From Nitrosopumilaceae archaeon (lineage in GTDB: Archaea > Thermoproteota > Nitrososphaeria > Nitrososphaerales > Nitrosopumilaceae), in the NCBI GenBank assembly GCA_965207375.1, contig OZ242274.1:160001-224000 (forward strand): a stretch of 64,000 nucleotides of DNA, read 5' to 3'. The translations under genes were made by a program, and so were the position numbers. This document shows, one piece after another, positions 20,204 through 31,700 of the stretch. Numbering within the stretch: position 1 is the stretch's first letter; the number at the start of each line of letters is the position of its first letter. The notes beneath the pieces are model-generated. The model searched no databases and was not told the DNA's origin. It saw only the letters and a program-made list of their open reading frames with translations.

Positions 20204-22109
20204 GATTACATATCAAAACAATGAGTTATCTGTAATCTCTAATGAATCCTTAATTCCTGTAATTAGACAATTCTTACAGGATTTTGGGTTTGAAATGTCT
20301 GGGTCACAACAGATGATTTTAAAATTAAATAAATCTCCATATCCGATAATTGAATCTGTAAAACGAATGATTGAGGAATATGGACCCATAGTATTGGATG
20401 AGGGTTGCAATAAGATAATCGATGACGAAAATACCTCGAAATTGGAATTTCAAAACATGCTTGCTGAGGCAAAATCAATCAAGCATAAAGACAAGACATA
20501 TTGGGAAAATGTTGATGTGGTCATACCTATGTTAGCACCGGATAAATCACTAAAATGGTATCAGAAAATGCCAGTACAGCATGCAGTAACGCTGGGAAAT
20601 ACTGCAAATTTTTCAGTACCTGGTTCAGGCAAAACATGGATGGGTTACTCTACATTCTTCAAGCTAAAATATGAAAAGGATGTTGTTGATAAATTACTTG
20701 TAGTCTCCCCACTTGCTGCATTTAGACCATGGGAAACAGAGTATTACTCTATGACCGGAAAGGAACCAAACATAGTTAGAATAACCGGAACCCCTAAAGA
20801 AAGAAACAGCATAATTTATAACAAAATAAATTATTCTGACATATTTTTAATATCACATACTATGGTTACCAATGAAGAGGACCATCTGATAGATATAATG
20901 AACAAGTTTAGATTTATGGTAATAGTTGACGAATCACATAACATCAAAAAACATGATGGAAAACGCGCAACTTCATTGCATAAAATTGCACTATTTGCGC
21001 GCAGACGCATGATTCTTAGCGGAACACCAATTCCAAAGAACCTTCATGATTTGTGGTCACAATTTACATTTCTATATCATGATGAATCATTGCTACACAC
21101 ATGGCCACAATATGAGCAAGAATGCAAATCAGTAAATGCCCTTAAAGACATATCCTCTAAATTGAATCCATATTTTGTAAGAGTCTCAAAGGACGTGCTG
21201 AATCTACCAAAACCTACATTTAATCCAAACAATGTCGATGGAAGACCAACAATCATTCAAATGAATCCAATACAAAGAAGAATTTATGACACTATAGCAC
21301 TCAGGATCAAGAACAATGTCGAACAGTTTCGCAGTGATGCCGTTGCCCTAGACAAATTTAGAAGAAATTCTATGATTTACCTTATAGAGGCTGCAACCGA
21401 TCCCTCACTTCTTACAAAAGATCAAACATATCCTAATGATGATATGGATGCTGAAGGTCTGGAAATGTTAGAACTTTTGGCAAAATATCCACGTCTTAGG
21501 GGTGAGCGTCCAAATAAGATAACAGAAGCAATACGTCTTGCAAAAACAACGCTTGACTCTGATGGAAAGGTCATCATTTGGTGTAGTTTCATTAATACGA
21601 TACAGAAAATATCCCAGTATTTTGATGATGCAGGACATAAATCAATTCGAATATGGGGAGATATACCGCGAGATGAGGATGTCAATGAACACTTTAACCG
21701 TGAAAGTGAAATAGAGAAATTCAAAACAGATGGCAACTATAACATACTTGTAGCAAATCCTGCATCCATGGCCGAATCTATATCCCTGCACAAAGTCTGT
21801 CACCATGCAATATATGTGGACAGGACGTTTAATGGTGCACATTACATGCAGAGTCTTGAGAGAATACACAGGGTAGGTCTGCAATCAGATGTGCACACCA
21901 AATATGACATCCTCCAGTCCGAGGCATCAATTGATCAGACAATACATGAGCGTCTTACATTAAAGCAACAAAACATGGAAAAATTTCTTAACAGCAAAGA
22001 CCTCAAAATTCATGGAACAGAAGAATTTGTCAAAGGTTTCGATGATGATTATGCAGATGACTTTAACGCCGTGATACGAGATATAAAACAACATGTCGGG
22101 TCTGTTTGA
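20196..22109 (+). CDS. SNF2-family helicase/ATPase
   Basis: PGSGKT, IVDESH, LSGTP and QSLERIHRVG motifs. Confidence 0.9.
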   Translation: MFKITYQNNELSVISNESLIPVIRQFLQDFGFEMSGSQQMILKLNKSPYPIIESVKRMIEEYGPIVLDEGCNKIIDDENTSKLEFQNMLAEAKSIKHKDKTYWENVDVVIPMLAPDKSLKWYQKMPVQHAVTLGNTANFSVPGSGKTWMGYSTFFKLKYEKDVVDKLLVVSPLAAFRPWETEYYSMTGKEPNIVRITGTPKERNSIIYNKINYSDIFLISHTMVTNEEDHLIDIMNKFRFMVIVDESHNIKKHDGKRATSLHKIALFARRRMILSGTPIPKNLHDLWSQFTFLYHDESLLHTWPQYEQECKSVNALKDISSKLNPYFVRVSKDVLNLPKPTFNPNNVDGRPTIIQMNPIQRRIYDTIALRIKNNVEQFRSDAVALDKFRRNSMIYLIEAATDPSLLTKDQTYPNDDMDAEGLEMLELLAKYPRLRGERPNKITEAIRLAKTTLDSDGKVIIWCSFINTIQKISQYFDDAGHKSIRIWGDIPRDEDVNEHFNRESEIEKFKTDGNYNILVANPASMAESISLHKVCHHAIYVDRTFNGAHYMQSLERIHRVGLQSDVHTKYDILQSEASIDQTIHERLTLKQQNMEKFLNSKDLKIHGTEEFVKGFDDDYADDFNAVIRDIKQHVGSV

Positions 22110-23091
22110 TCTAAATAAGATGTTGATGACGGTCCATAATTTTGGTACAGGACCAACAGAGGAGAGTTTCATACGTTTGACATATGACAGTACATATTAT
22201 TCGGAACAAACGGCCAATTTTGACGATGTACTATATGTGGCCTCATGCATGAATTTTCTGGATTTGAATGGTGACAAAATATCACTTTTACAAAACGGAT
22301 ATGACTTTATTGATTTGACATCCAAATATGACAATCACGTCATGTTGGACAGCAACGACTTGCAGAAAAAATTTGTGTTTGACTGCCTTGATACGGCATG
22401 TATCAATGACATGTGTAAAACACTATTTGAAAAATTTTACATAAATTATTCATTTGAGCCACCAACATGGAATGCTTATTTACGTTTATTTGATAATAAG
22501 GAAAGGTTCCTTCTTGACATACTTTGTGATATTGGAGTGGTATCATTTGAGAGAAAAATGGTTTGGTTAGATAATCAACATTTGAATCTGTTTTCTGTAA
22601 TGAAACATGGATTAATTGTAAACTGGAGTGAACTTTTTGAGCGCAAACAACAAGTTGGAAATCTAGGTGAGGATTTATCTATGAATTATGAGGTAAAAAG
22701 ACTAACAAATTATTGTCGTGGGGATTTGGCAGATATGATAAAACAGACAAGTCTGATTGATCCGTACGCTGGATATGACATAATGTCATTTGATGCACCT
22801 GATTCAGATGAGGATTGTCCAGATAGATTCATTGAGGTAAAGGCAACTGTTGGAACACGGCCTAATTTTTTCTGGAGTAAAAATGAAATAATCAAGGCAA
22901 AACAATACGGTACAAAATATTGGATATATCTGTGGGTAAACGTTGATAATGATTCCAGAAAATTATACTTGATACAAGATCCATACAAAAATCTATTTGA
23001 AACTGGCAATCCTATACCTGAGCCAACTACATATCTAATAGATGGAAATGTGTTGGAACATGCAAACATGGAGGCTGTAGAAACAATATGA
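22093..23091 (+). CDS. DUF3883 (NO VEIN C-terminal, PD-(D/E)xK) nuclease-like protein
   Basis: GNLGE..., AGYDIMS...RFIEVKAT...FFWSKNE. Confidence 0.8.
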   Translation: MSGLFDLNKMLMTVHNFGTGPTEESFIRLTYDSTYYSEQTANFDDVLYVASCMNFLDLNGDKISLLQNGYDFIDLTSKYDNHVMLDSNDLQKKFVFDCLDTACINDMCKTLFEKFYINYSFEPPTWNAYLRLFDNKERFLLDILCDIGVVSFERKMVWLDNQHLNLFSVMKHGLIVNWSELFERKQQVGNLGEDLSMNYEVKRLTNYCRGDLADMIKQTSLIDPYAGYDIMSFDAPDSDEDCPDRFIEVKATVGTRPNFFWSKNEIIKAKQYGTKYWIYLWVNVDNDSRKLYLIQDPYKNLFETGNPIPEPTTYLIDGNVLEHANMEAVETI

Positions 23092-23927
23092 AGTTTACAG
23101 GTTCTGGAGTAACTGCATTTGATAAGATGCAAAAATATCTAAAAACACGCAAGACTAAAACATCTACAGATACAATGAGACAATTGAAACAACACAAGTC
23201 TGACAAACCTCATAATTTGGCCAATATCAAAAACAAACTTCCAAAGTCAAAACATCGTTTTAGATTTACCAAAAAGACACCCAAAGTAACCAATGATACA
23301 ACCCACGATGCATGGAGTTCCAAAATTCGTAGGAAAATTGATAGTTTGAACTGTGATAAATCTCGAATATTTCCACTTGGCGATATTACTTTTACACCAG
23401 ATTATATCCTAAAATTATCCTATGAAGGAAAACAAATCATTGTACATATAGATCGTAATTTTACAAATTCTGCAACAGAGAAATACAAATCATTTATGGA
23501 GAAGTTCAAAACAGCCTATTACTTTATTTTAGTGGTCAGTGATAATGATCTTAGGCGTTGGAATACGACCAATATGGGACGAAGAATCCTTTTTGATGAG
23601 ATTTGGGTCGGTGAAGATGTGACAGATATGATTAAAAACATACAAAAATTATCGGAACAAACCACAAACAAAATTATGGTATGCTCTAAATGTTATAAAA
23701 AGATAGAAGGCATACAAAAAATCAAGAGTCATTTTTCATATCAAACAAAAGAAGATGGTTCTCTTTTAATTAATTCTATATGTAGAAAATGTGTGGAAAT
23801 TCCACAACCTACAATAACTCATATTCCAAAATCAACGTACAAGTGTATAGGTTGTGGTAGTGATTTTGATACTACAATAGCTTCTCAACTATATTGTGAT
23901 GTATGCAATGACAAACTACAATCATGA
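23088..23927 (+). CDS. Hypothetical protein with nuclease-like core and C-terminal zinc fingers
   Basis: FTPDYIL motif and four CxxC pairs; overlaps the previous gene. Confidence 0.6.
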   Translation: MKFTGSGVTAFDKMQKYLKTRKTKTSTDTMRQLKQHKSDKPHNLANIKNKLPKSKHRFRFTKKTPKVTNDTTHDAWSSKIRRKIDSLNCDKSRIFPLGDITFTPDYILKLSYEGKQIIVHIDRNFTNSATEKYKSFMEKFKTAYYFILVVSDNDLRRWNTTNMGRRILFDEIWVGEDVTDMIKNIQKLSEQTTNKIMVCSKCYKKIEGIQKIKSHFSYQTKEDGSLLINSICRKCVEIPQPTITHIPKSTYKCIGCGSDFDTTIASQLYCDVCNDKLQS

Positions 23928-24009
23928 GATTTATGTACACACTCAGGTCATAGATTTTTCAGGCATGAAATTTTCATGTCTGTATCATCACATCTAATAA
24001 ACTCTAAAG

Positions 24010-24669
24010 TCACCTTTTAGTTGACTTTTTTGGGCTTTGCAGGTGTGCTTGCTTTTTGGCAGCCTTTATCTTGTCCTTGATTTTCTTTTTGGCAAGTATC
24101 TGTTCTTTGTTCCTTTCATAGTATTCTTTTGAGCGCTTGTCAACCTTTTCCTTGTTATTCTGGTAATACTCTTTTTCTTTCTGTATAATTTTCATCTTAT
24201 TTTTTTCCCTGTTATTCATGTACTCCTTTTTGATTTTCTCTTTGTTCTTTTGATAATACTCTTTTCTATACTGTTGTAGTCTCTCCTCGTGTTCTTTGTT
24301 ATAGGCCTTTGATTTGTTTACGAGTTTCTTTTTGTTTTTTTGATAGTATTCTTGCTTTTTTTCCTTGTCCTTGCGTGCATTTGATCTTGTCTTTTCTTTA
24401 TTCTTTGTATAGTGTGCCGCCTTTTGTGCAAGTAACCTTTCTCTGTCTTTTTGATACTTTGCCTTCTTTTCTGCTAGTATCTTTTCCTTGTTTAGTTCGT
24501 ATAGTGCCTTATGATGCGCCTTGATTTTCTCCTTGTTTTTTTGATAATATTTGGCAGTGTATTGATTTTCTCGCTCTCTTAGTTCTTCGTGTTTTTCTTT
24601 ACGTTTTTCCTTGATTTTTTCTTTATTTTTCTGATAATACGCTTGATGTTGTTGGGTATAGGTAGACAT
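24010..24669 (-). CDS. Basic 15-aa repeat protein 3 (YYQKNKEKI repeats)
   Basis: ~13 repeats; SD-like GAGGTGAGG upstream. Confidence 0.75.
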   Translation of the reverse strand: MSTYTQQHQAYYQKNKEKIKEKRKEKHEELRERENQYTAKYYQKNKEKIKAHHKALYELNKEKILAEKKAKYQKDRERLLAQKAAHYTKNKEKTRSNARKDKEKKQEYYQKNKKKLVNKSKAYNKEHEERLQQYRKEYYQKNKEKIKKEYMNNREKNKMKIIQKEKEYYQNNKEKVDKRSKEYYERNKEQILAKKKIKDKIKAAKKQAHLQSPKKSTKR

Positions 24670-24675
24670 GTTACC

Positions 24676-25119
24676 TCACCTCGATTTTTTGGCCTGTACC
24701 GGCTTTTTGGCTCTCTTGACAGGCTTTATCTTGGCTTTAGTCCTGGCTGCAGTTTTCTTGCCTAGTTCGTATTTTTTCTTTTTATCTGCTAGGATCTTTT
24801 CTCTGTTTAATTGATAACGTTTTTTGTATTTGGCAAGTAACTTTTCTTTATTCTTTGTATAGTATTCCTTTTTTTGCTCTAAGACCTTCTTTTTGTTCTT
24901 TATATTGTACTGTTTGTTATATTCCTTGAACCGTTCCTTGTCTGATTCGTATAGTTCTTTGTGATTTGCCTTGATTCTCTCTTTGTTCTTTTGATAATAA
25001 TCGGCGCTGATTTGATTTTCTTGTTCTTTATTTGCTGTATAATGCTTTTTGCGGTTTTTCTTGATTCTTTCCTTGTTTTTTTGATAGTAGACTTGGTGGG
25101 TTTGTGTGTAGGTAGACAT
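24676..25119 (-). CDS. Basic 15-aa repeat protein 2
   Basis: Same MSTYTQxHQxYYQKNKE start and repeat. Confidence 0.75.
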   Translation of the reverse strand: MSTYTQTHQVYYQKNKERIKKNRKKHYTANKEQENQISADYYQKNKERIKANHKELYESDKERFKEYNKQYNIKNKKKVLEQKKEYYTKNKEKLLAKYKKRYQLNREKILADKKKKYELGKKTAARTKAKIKPVKRAKKPVQAKKSR

Positions 25120-25124
25120 GCATG

Positions 25125-25745
25125 TTACCCCGATGTTTGCTTGATGGTTTCTTCTTTGATCTTTTGACGGTTGATTCTTGCTCGTTCTGCGATTTTTTCC
25201 TTGTTATTTTGATAGTATTCTTTTTGCTGCTTTGCAATCTTTTCTTTGTTATTTTGATATTTTACCTTGTTCTTGACACTTATCGCTTCCTTGTTCTTTG
25301 TATAGTGTTTCTTTGCTCGCTTGGCAAAATCAGCCTTGTTGTTCTGATAGTATGTCTGTGCACGTTTGACAAATTTTTCCTTGTTATTCTGATAATACTC
25401 CTTTGCACGCTTTGCAATTTCTTCCTTGTTTGCCTTGTATAGTGCTTTTTTCTTGGCGCTTAATTGGGCCTTGTTCCTTTCATAGTATTGCTTTTCTCTC
25501 TTTGTAACTTTGTCTTTATTTTTCTCCCTGTACTCTCTACTGCTTTTTTTGAATTTCTCCTTGTCATTTGCATAGTTGTTTCTATTCTTTTTTTTTATTT
25601 GCTCTTTATTTTTCTGATAATAGGTATACTGATTTTCTCGTTCTCTGAGTTCGTTGTGGTGTTTTTTGTGGTTTTCCTTTATCTTTTCTTTATTTTTCTG
25701 ATAATACTCTTGGTGTTGTTTTGTGTATGTAGTTAGTTGTTTCAA
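25125..25745 (-). CDS. Basic 15-aa repeat protein 1
   Basis: ~12 repeats; 44 bp downstream of the S-layer gene. Confidence 0.75.
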   Translation of the reverse strand: MKQLTTYTKQHQEYYQKNKEKIKENHKKHHNELRERENQYTYYQKNKEQIKKKNRNNYANDKEKFKKSSREYREKNKDKVTKREKQYYERNKAQLSAKKKALYKANKEEIAKRAKEYYQNNKEKFVKRAQTYYQNNKADFAKRAKKHYTKNKEAISVKNKVKYQNNKEKIAKQQKEYYQNNKEKIAERARINRQKIKEETIKQTSG

Positions 25746-25789
25746 TTTTTCAGAATAAAAAGAAAAGGGGAAATGTGTTGTTTTCTAGT

Positions 25790-28700
25790 CTAGTTGACAG
25801 TTATTGTGAGTTCGTTTGGTGGTGATAGTGCAGTTGGATTATCTACAGACTCCCAAACAAATGCAGTTGCAGTGTATGTTCCTGCCTCTGATGGGGTCCA
25901 TGATAATGCTGGACTAAACGACTGTGAAGGTGTCAATGTTCCTGAAACCCATGCAAGGGCTACAGTTACACTGCTACTATCCTGAATCTGTACGATGTAT
26001 GCAAATGGCTGATCTTTATCCTGACCGTTTGCTAGGTCGGCTGTAATCTGTACCTGTTGATCCACGTCGACCGTATCTAGCGTATTGCTAAATGCATCAA
26101 CTACTCTCAAGTTGGTAGCTGGTGCTCGTTCGAGTGGAGGTATGATTGAGCCAATCTGGGTTGTGGCAGTAATATCGATTTCATCTGATGTATCGTGTGG
26201 ATCAGGTAGTGTACGGTCGTTATATTCTGCAGTGACAGTGTCGCCTTCTGAAACTCTCAGTCTGTGACCGGAGGATGTATCAGATACGGTAAAGAATGCT
26301 GTGCCTTCAAAGATTCCGGTTGCCTGGTTTGTCTCAGTTACAGTCAAGTCAATACCTCCGACATCTGAATCAGACCAGACGTTAACCTCAAAGTTATCGA
26401 CTGATTCTGGATTCAAATTCATGTCTGGGTCTATTACCCTGATTACGCCTGTACCGCTAGCTGCATAGCTTGCTTCTAACCACTGAACCTCACCGATATT
26501 CCATCTGATTAGTGCTGATCCTACTACCGTTTCATCCTCTGAAAATTCAAAGGAGATAGAAAGACCATCATCGTCTTCAGTTGCTAGGAATCCGTTTGTT
26601 GGTCCTAAGTTGTCAGTTTGGCCTTTACCGTCACCGGTAATTGCTCTTGCATCGTCTTTTTCGCCGTCACCATTAGCATCGTGTGCAAATCCAGTAAGGA
26701 TTACCTCACCAGTAAAGATTCCAGTGTTAGGTCCTGTCTCAACCAGTTTGTATTGGTCAAGGTCGTCACCTCTTGTTGCAATCTTTATTGGATCGTCACC
26801 AGTATTACCTATTTCATCTACCAAGTCAGAATCGAAGTTGTGATCAGGTGCTACAATAGTTATGTAGACCTTATCAGTCCAAGTGTAAACCTTTTGGTCT
26901 AGCTCCACTGTACTGCCAAAGTTTGATGTAAAGATTGTAAGATTAATATCTTCATCTTCATCACCAACGTGGTCAGAACCAGATGGGCCCCAATCGGTAT
27001 ATTCTAGTTCGATTTCTTCACCTCTTTCGAGTTTGTCGCCGCCTAGTTCTGCAGGAACTTCGACTACAACCTGGAAGACTCCAGTGCTGTCACCTGTTTC
27101 TCTAAAGTCGGCTGGTTCTGGATCAAATGCTGCTGCATCTGTTCCATATTTACCCATACTCGTTGTGCCTGCATCTGAATCCCACTCGATTAAGTCAAGT
27201 GGATATGTCTCTGCTCCATCATTGTCAAGATCAAAGTCTGGCTCTATTAGAGTCAAGATCATGTCACTTCCAATGATGTAGACTGACTTGCCAGATTGCA
27301 GTACGGCGTTTCTTAGGTCAAATGTAGCTGAATCAGTAATTGTGTTTGGCTCACCAGATGCGTCTGTTGGATCTTCATACTGTACAGTAATAATATCTCC
27401 TTGCAGAATACATCCATCTTTGAATATGTTATTTGCAGCATTTGGATATACTGGACAATCGTTTGTAGGTCCATCATTGTAGCTGATTGGAATATCTGCT
27501 TCAAAGATTCCAGCGTCAGGTGCAATCTCTGTAATTGGACCATACTCCTTTGCAGTAGTATTTGTAGCCTCAATTACATTTTCTCCACCTGCTGTTGCAA
27601 CAATTTTAGAAGCTTGTCCTCTTGAAACAGTAACCTCGATAGGTCCTTTTGTGCCTGATGCGATTGTATCTTCACCAGAGGCTGACAAATCATAGTCAGG
27701 ATCAGAGACTCTGACATGAATTATTGCATCGCCTTGTGGCAAATATCCACTAGCACCTTCGTCCTTAAACTTGGATCCATCTGAAGTATCAATTGATGGA
27801 TGAAGTGGGAATGCATTATCTGCGAATGGAACTGGGTAAACCGTTCTGTCAAGAGATATTGAACCAGTGCTGGCTCGTACACCTGCTGAATCACCTACTT
27901 CGATGATTTCACCAGATTCGTCTCTATAGTCAAGATAGTTTACTTCAATGTCAGTACCGGTAACAGATAATCGTTTACCGTCGTCATTGTTTTCACCATT
28001 GATTTCTGTTGGACAATACATTGCTGGAATCTGGAATGAACCAGTAAAGACACCGCTTGCAGTTTCGGTTTCAATTAGTGTGAAACCTGTTTCATGTAAG
28101 CCGTCATCAGAGTTTGGATCATCTCCACACTCATTTACAGTCCATGTCTCGTCATCAAAGGTAACATCAAGTATTCGTCCTAATGGATTACCAGATTCAC
28201 TGATTGTTTTGTTAGCGCCAATTGATTTACTGTAAGACTTTGATACGTCTTTTCCGACTGTGTCGGCCAAGTCGCCGTCTTCGACTACGGTAAATATGTC
28301 AATCAAGTCACTATCCACGTTCAAGTCAGCATCAGTCAATTTGACAATCACTGTATCAGCCACCTTGTAGGATTTTGAATCAAGTGATACCACACCAGAG
28401 TGTGATGGTGCTGCTTGTTGGTCAGCAATCTGTGTTGAAACACCGTCTGCTCCTAGGTCAAGATAATTGACTCGAGGAGAGTCTTCATCTGTTAGATCCT
28501 CCATTACGATAAATGTTGGTTCATCAGATATTGGACTAAGACCTTTGTATGTATCTGCGTCTAGTATGTTGAGTTGGTTTAACATGGTGTATTCAAGGCC
28601 ACCTACAAAGGTGTCAGTGTTATCACCAGTTTCTTCCAATTCAAGTCTGACTATTTGGTTAGCTGTTCTTCCGTCATCGCCAAATCCAAATGCGAAAAAG

Positions 28701-31700
28701 TCCAATACAATTGGATCTGCTTTAGCATCAGTCTTGGCGTTAGTTTTGACGTTGTCTTTATGATATTCAATGAGTATTGCTAATTCACTGTCGTCATGAA
28801 TGTCCAAGATGTTTGTGATTGTTGCATTGTGAGTGTGTGCTTTGTCTGTTTGGTCTACCTGAACTGTTTGTCCAAAGATTTCACCAAATGAGTTGATTGC
28901 ACAGTCAATACATGATACTAACTGTGGGCTGTTCAACATTGGTATAGATGATGTAGAAGCACAAGTGTTAACTGGATCAGCTGCTTTGTATGTAAAGCTA
29001 GTAGCAGTTGCATCGTCAGCTATCTCAAGTACGTCATAGATTGTACATTCAAGATCACCGTTGGCGCCAAGAATTGTACTGTGTGTCAAGGAACTGGCAT
29101 TGTATGCACGAGCTACATCTGGCAAGATTTGCTTTAGTTGCTCGGCTGTGCCATCTTTTCCAAGTTGATCTATGGCTCGTGCCATGATTTGACCTGCGTC
29201 GTATGCGGCATATACATGCCTATCAGCATATTCGTTTCCTTGGTTGGCTATATCATGTAATTTTTTAGCGTTAGCGCTGTCTAGTGCAAACTTTATCGTT
29301 TTCATGTCTGTGGCTTTTAGCAATGCAATTCCATCAGCGTCAAGTGCTGCTGGAACGGTTGCTGCAAGGTCTGGAATGAAGATGTTTGTTGTTTCAATTC
29401 CTGTATAGATATACGTACCATTAGTGTGTGTCTTAGATAGTTCCATGATTACAGTTTCAACTTCACCAAATCCTAGAATCACAATTGCGGTGTTTGCTGC
29501 AATAGTGCCTACGTTTGCTGGGGTCAATTTGCTCATTATTTCACCTGTCAAGTCTGTTGCAGATGAATTGTATGCAATCTCTTTGTGGTTGTTACCATAT
29601 AGAGTGACTAGTTGATCTTTAAAGTCAGCACTCCATGCATCGTCGCGATGTATGGTTATGACGTTTGCAATAGTAGCATTATCTAACTGTGGCTTCAAAA
29701 CCTCAGCTGTCTGACGTTTATTGTCCATAGTTAGTCTGAATATATTGTCGTCAAGTGATAGCGTTGAAGCAGTTGAAGCATAACTTAGGAAGACAATTCT
29801 AGATTCATCCTTGTATTTTGTCAACTGTTCTGAGCTGTATGTGCCGACAACTCCTATATGTTCATCACGAACTATTGGGTCAATGTCTGCGGTAGTACCG
29901 GCAGTGATGTTATATCGTACGTCATAAATAGTCGTATTTTGTTGCCTTCTGTCTTCATTATGATAATCGCCTATGGCAATACCAAATGCTTCAAAGAATT
30001 GTTGTTCGTAGTTATCAGCTATATTAAGATACAGCATTGGAATGTTAACATCGCCAGCGTCAAAGGCTACTCTGTCTGGAATTACCACTGGAGTTGGTGC
30101 TGGTGCAGTTATTGTGATAGTAATAGATTCTCTATCAAAACCACCTTTTCCGTCACTTGCTGTAAACATTACATTGTTTGTGACACTTTCAGTTGGTGTA
30201 TTCCAAGTGAATGTGTGGCCTACTAGAGTTGATCCTGTTGGCTTACCGATCACATTGTAATTAACCCTGTCACCATCTGGATCAGGTGCAGAGAGAGTGA
30301 AGGATAGTGCTGTGCCTTCTTGGTGTGTTATATCACCGATTTCTGCCAAGACTGGAGGTCTATTTACTGTGATAGTAATAGTCTCGGAATCCATACCAGA
30401 TGCGTCAGCTGCTGTGAATGTTACTCTGTGTGTGCCTGAACTTGATGGAGTCCAAGTGAATTCACCTGTGCGGTTGTCAAATGTTACTCCTGTTAGACGT
30501 GGGGTCATATTGTAAGTAATACTGTCGCCATCTGCATCAGTTGCATTAACTGTGAAGGTCAATGTTTCATCTACGTTTACAAATTTATCACCTATTGGGT
30601 CTAAATCTGGAGCGGTGTTAGATGAGCCTCCATTGGTTTGTGCTGCATTTACGGTTATAGTAACAGTCTCTGTATCACTGCCTCCGTTACCGTCAGATAC
30701 AGTAAACAGGATGTTTACAGAACCTTGGGCTGTTGGAGTGAATGTAAAGACGTTGGCAGTGTTTGTTGGCAGTGTTTCTGCATTATCTTCTGTATAGATC
30801 AAAGTATCGCTAGTGTCAGCGTCAGTTGCTACAACAGTTAGTGTCAATGATTGACCTACTGTTACTGTTCTAGCACCGGTTACTGATGATATGACTGGAT
30901 CTGCGTTAGCTGGTGCAGTTGGAGTTGCCGGTACATTAATAGATGCTGGGCCTGTTCCTTCTGCGTTTGTTGCACTTACTTTAAAGATGTAGTTTTGATC
31001 GTTTGTGAGACCTGTTATTGTAGCGGTTGTTCCCGTTACTGTAACAGGAGTGAAGGTGTTTCCTGCATCTGCACTGTATTGTACTGTGTAGTTGAGGATT
31101 TGTGAATTGCCGTCATGTGGTTGATTCCACTCTAGTGTGACTTGAGTATCACCTACTGTAGCGTTAAGACCTGTTACTTGTTCAGGTATAGTAGCTGTTG
31201 CTGATGGAATTGCAGTATCAACATTAGATGCTGGTCCTGCTCCTTGTGCATTTGTTGCAAGTACTCGGAAGTGGTATGTTTGACCGTTAGTAAGTCCAGT
31301 TACCATAGCAGTTGTTCCAGTTACAGTTGTAGAATCAACGAAGTTAGTTCCATCAGTACTTTGTTGTACTGTATAACCTGTTGCTGGAGTACCAGTGCTT
31401 GGTGCTTTCCATTCTAGTGCAACTGCTGCGTCTCTACCTTGTGCTATAAGACCAGTTGGTGCATTAGGTTCTGCTATAGTTTTAGGACATTCAACAGCGT
31501 TAGTAGTTTCTTGTGTTGGAGTTTTAAGTGCAAATGTTCCAGAACTATCATCAATCTCAAATATGTCATAGACCATACATGCTAGGTCACCATCTGCGTT
31601 TAGCTTTGTATTGTATATCAAAGCGTTAGGACTATAATCGTTTGCTACGATTGGAATCCGTTTGTTTAGTTGTTCAGATGTGTAATCCAATTCACCATCT

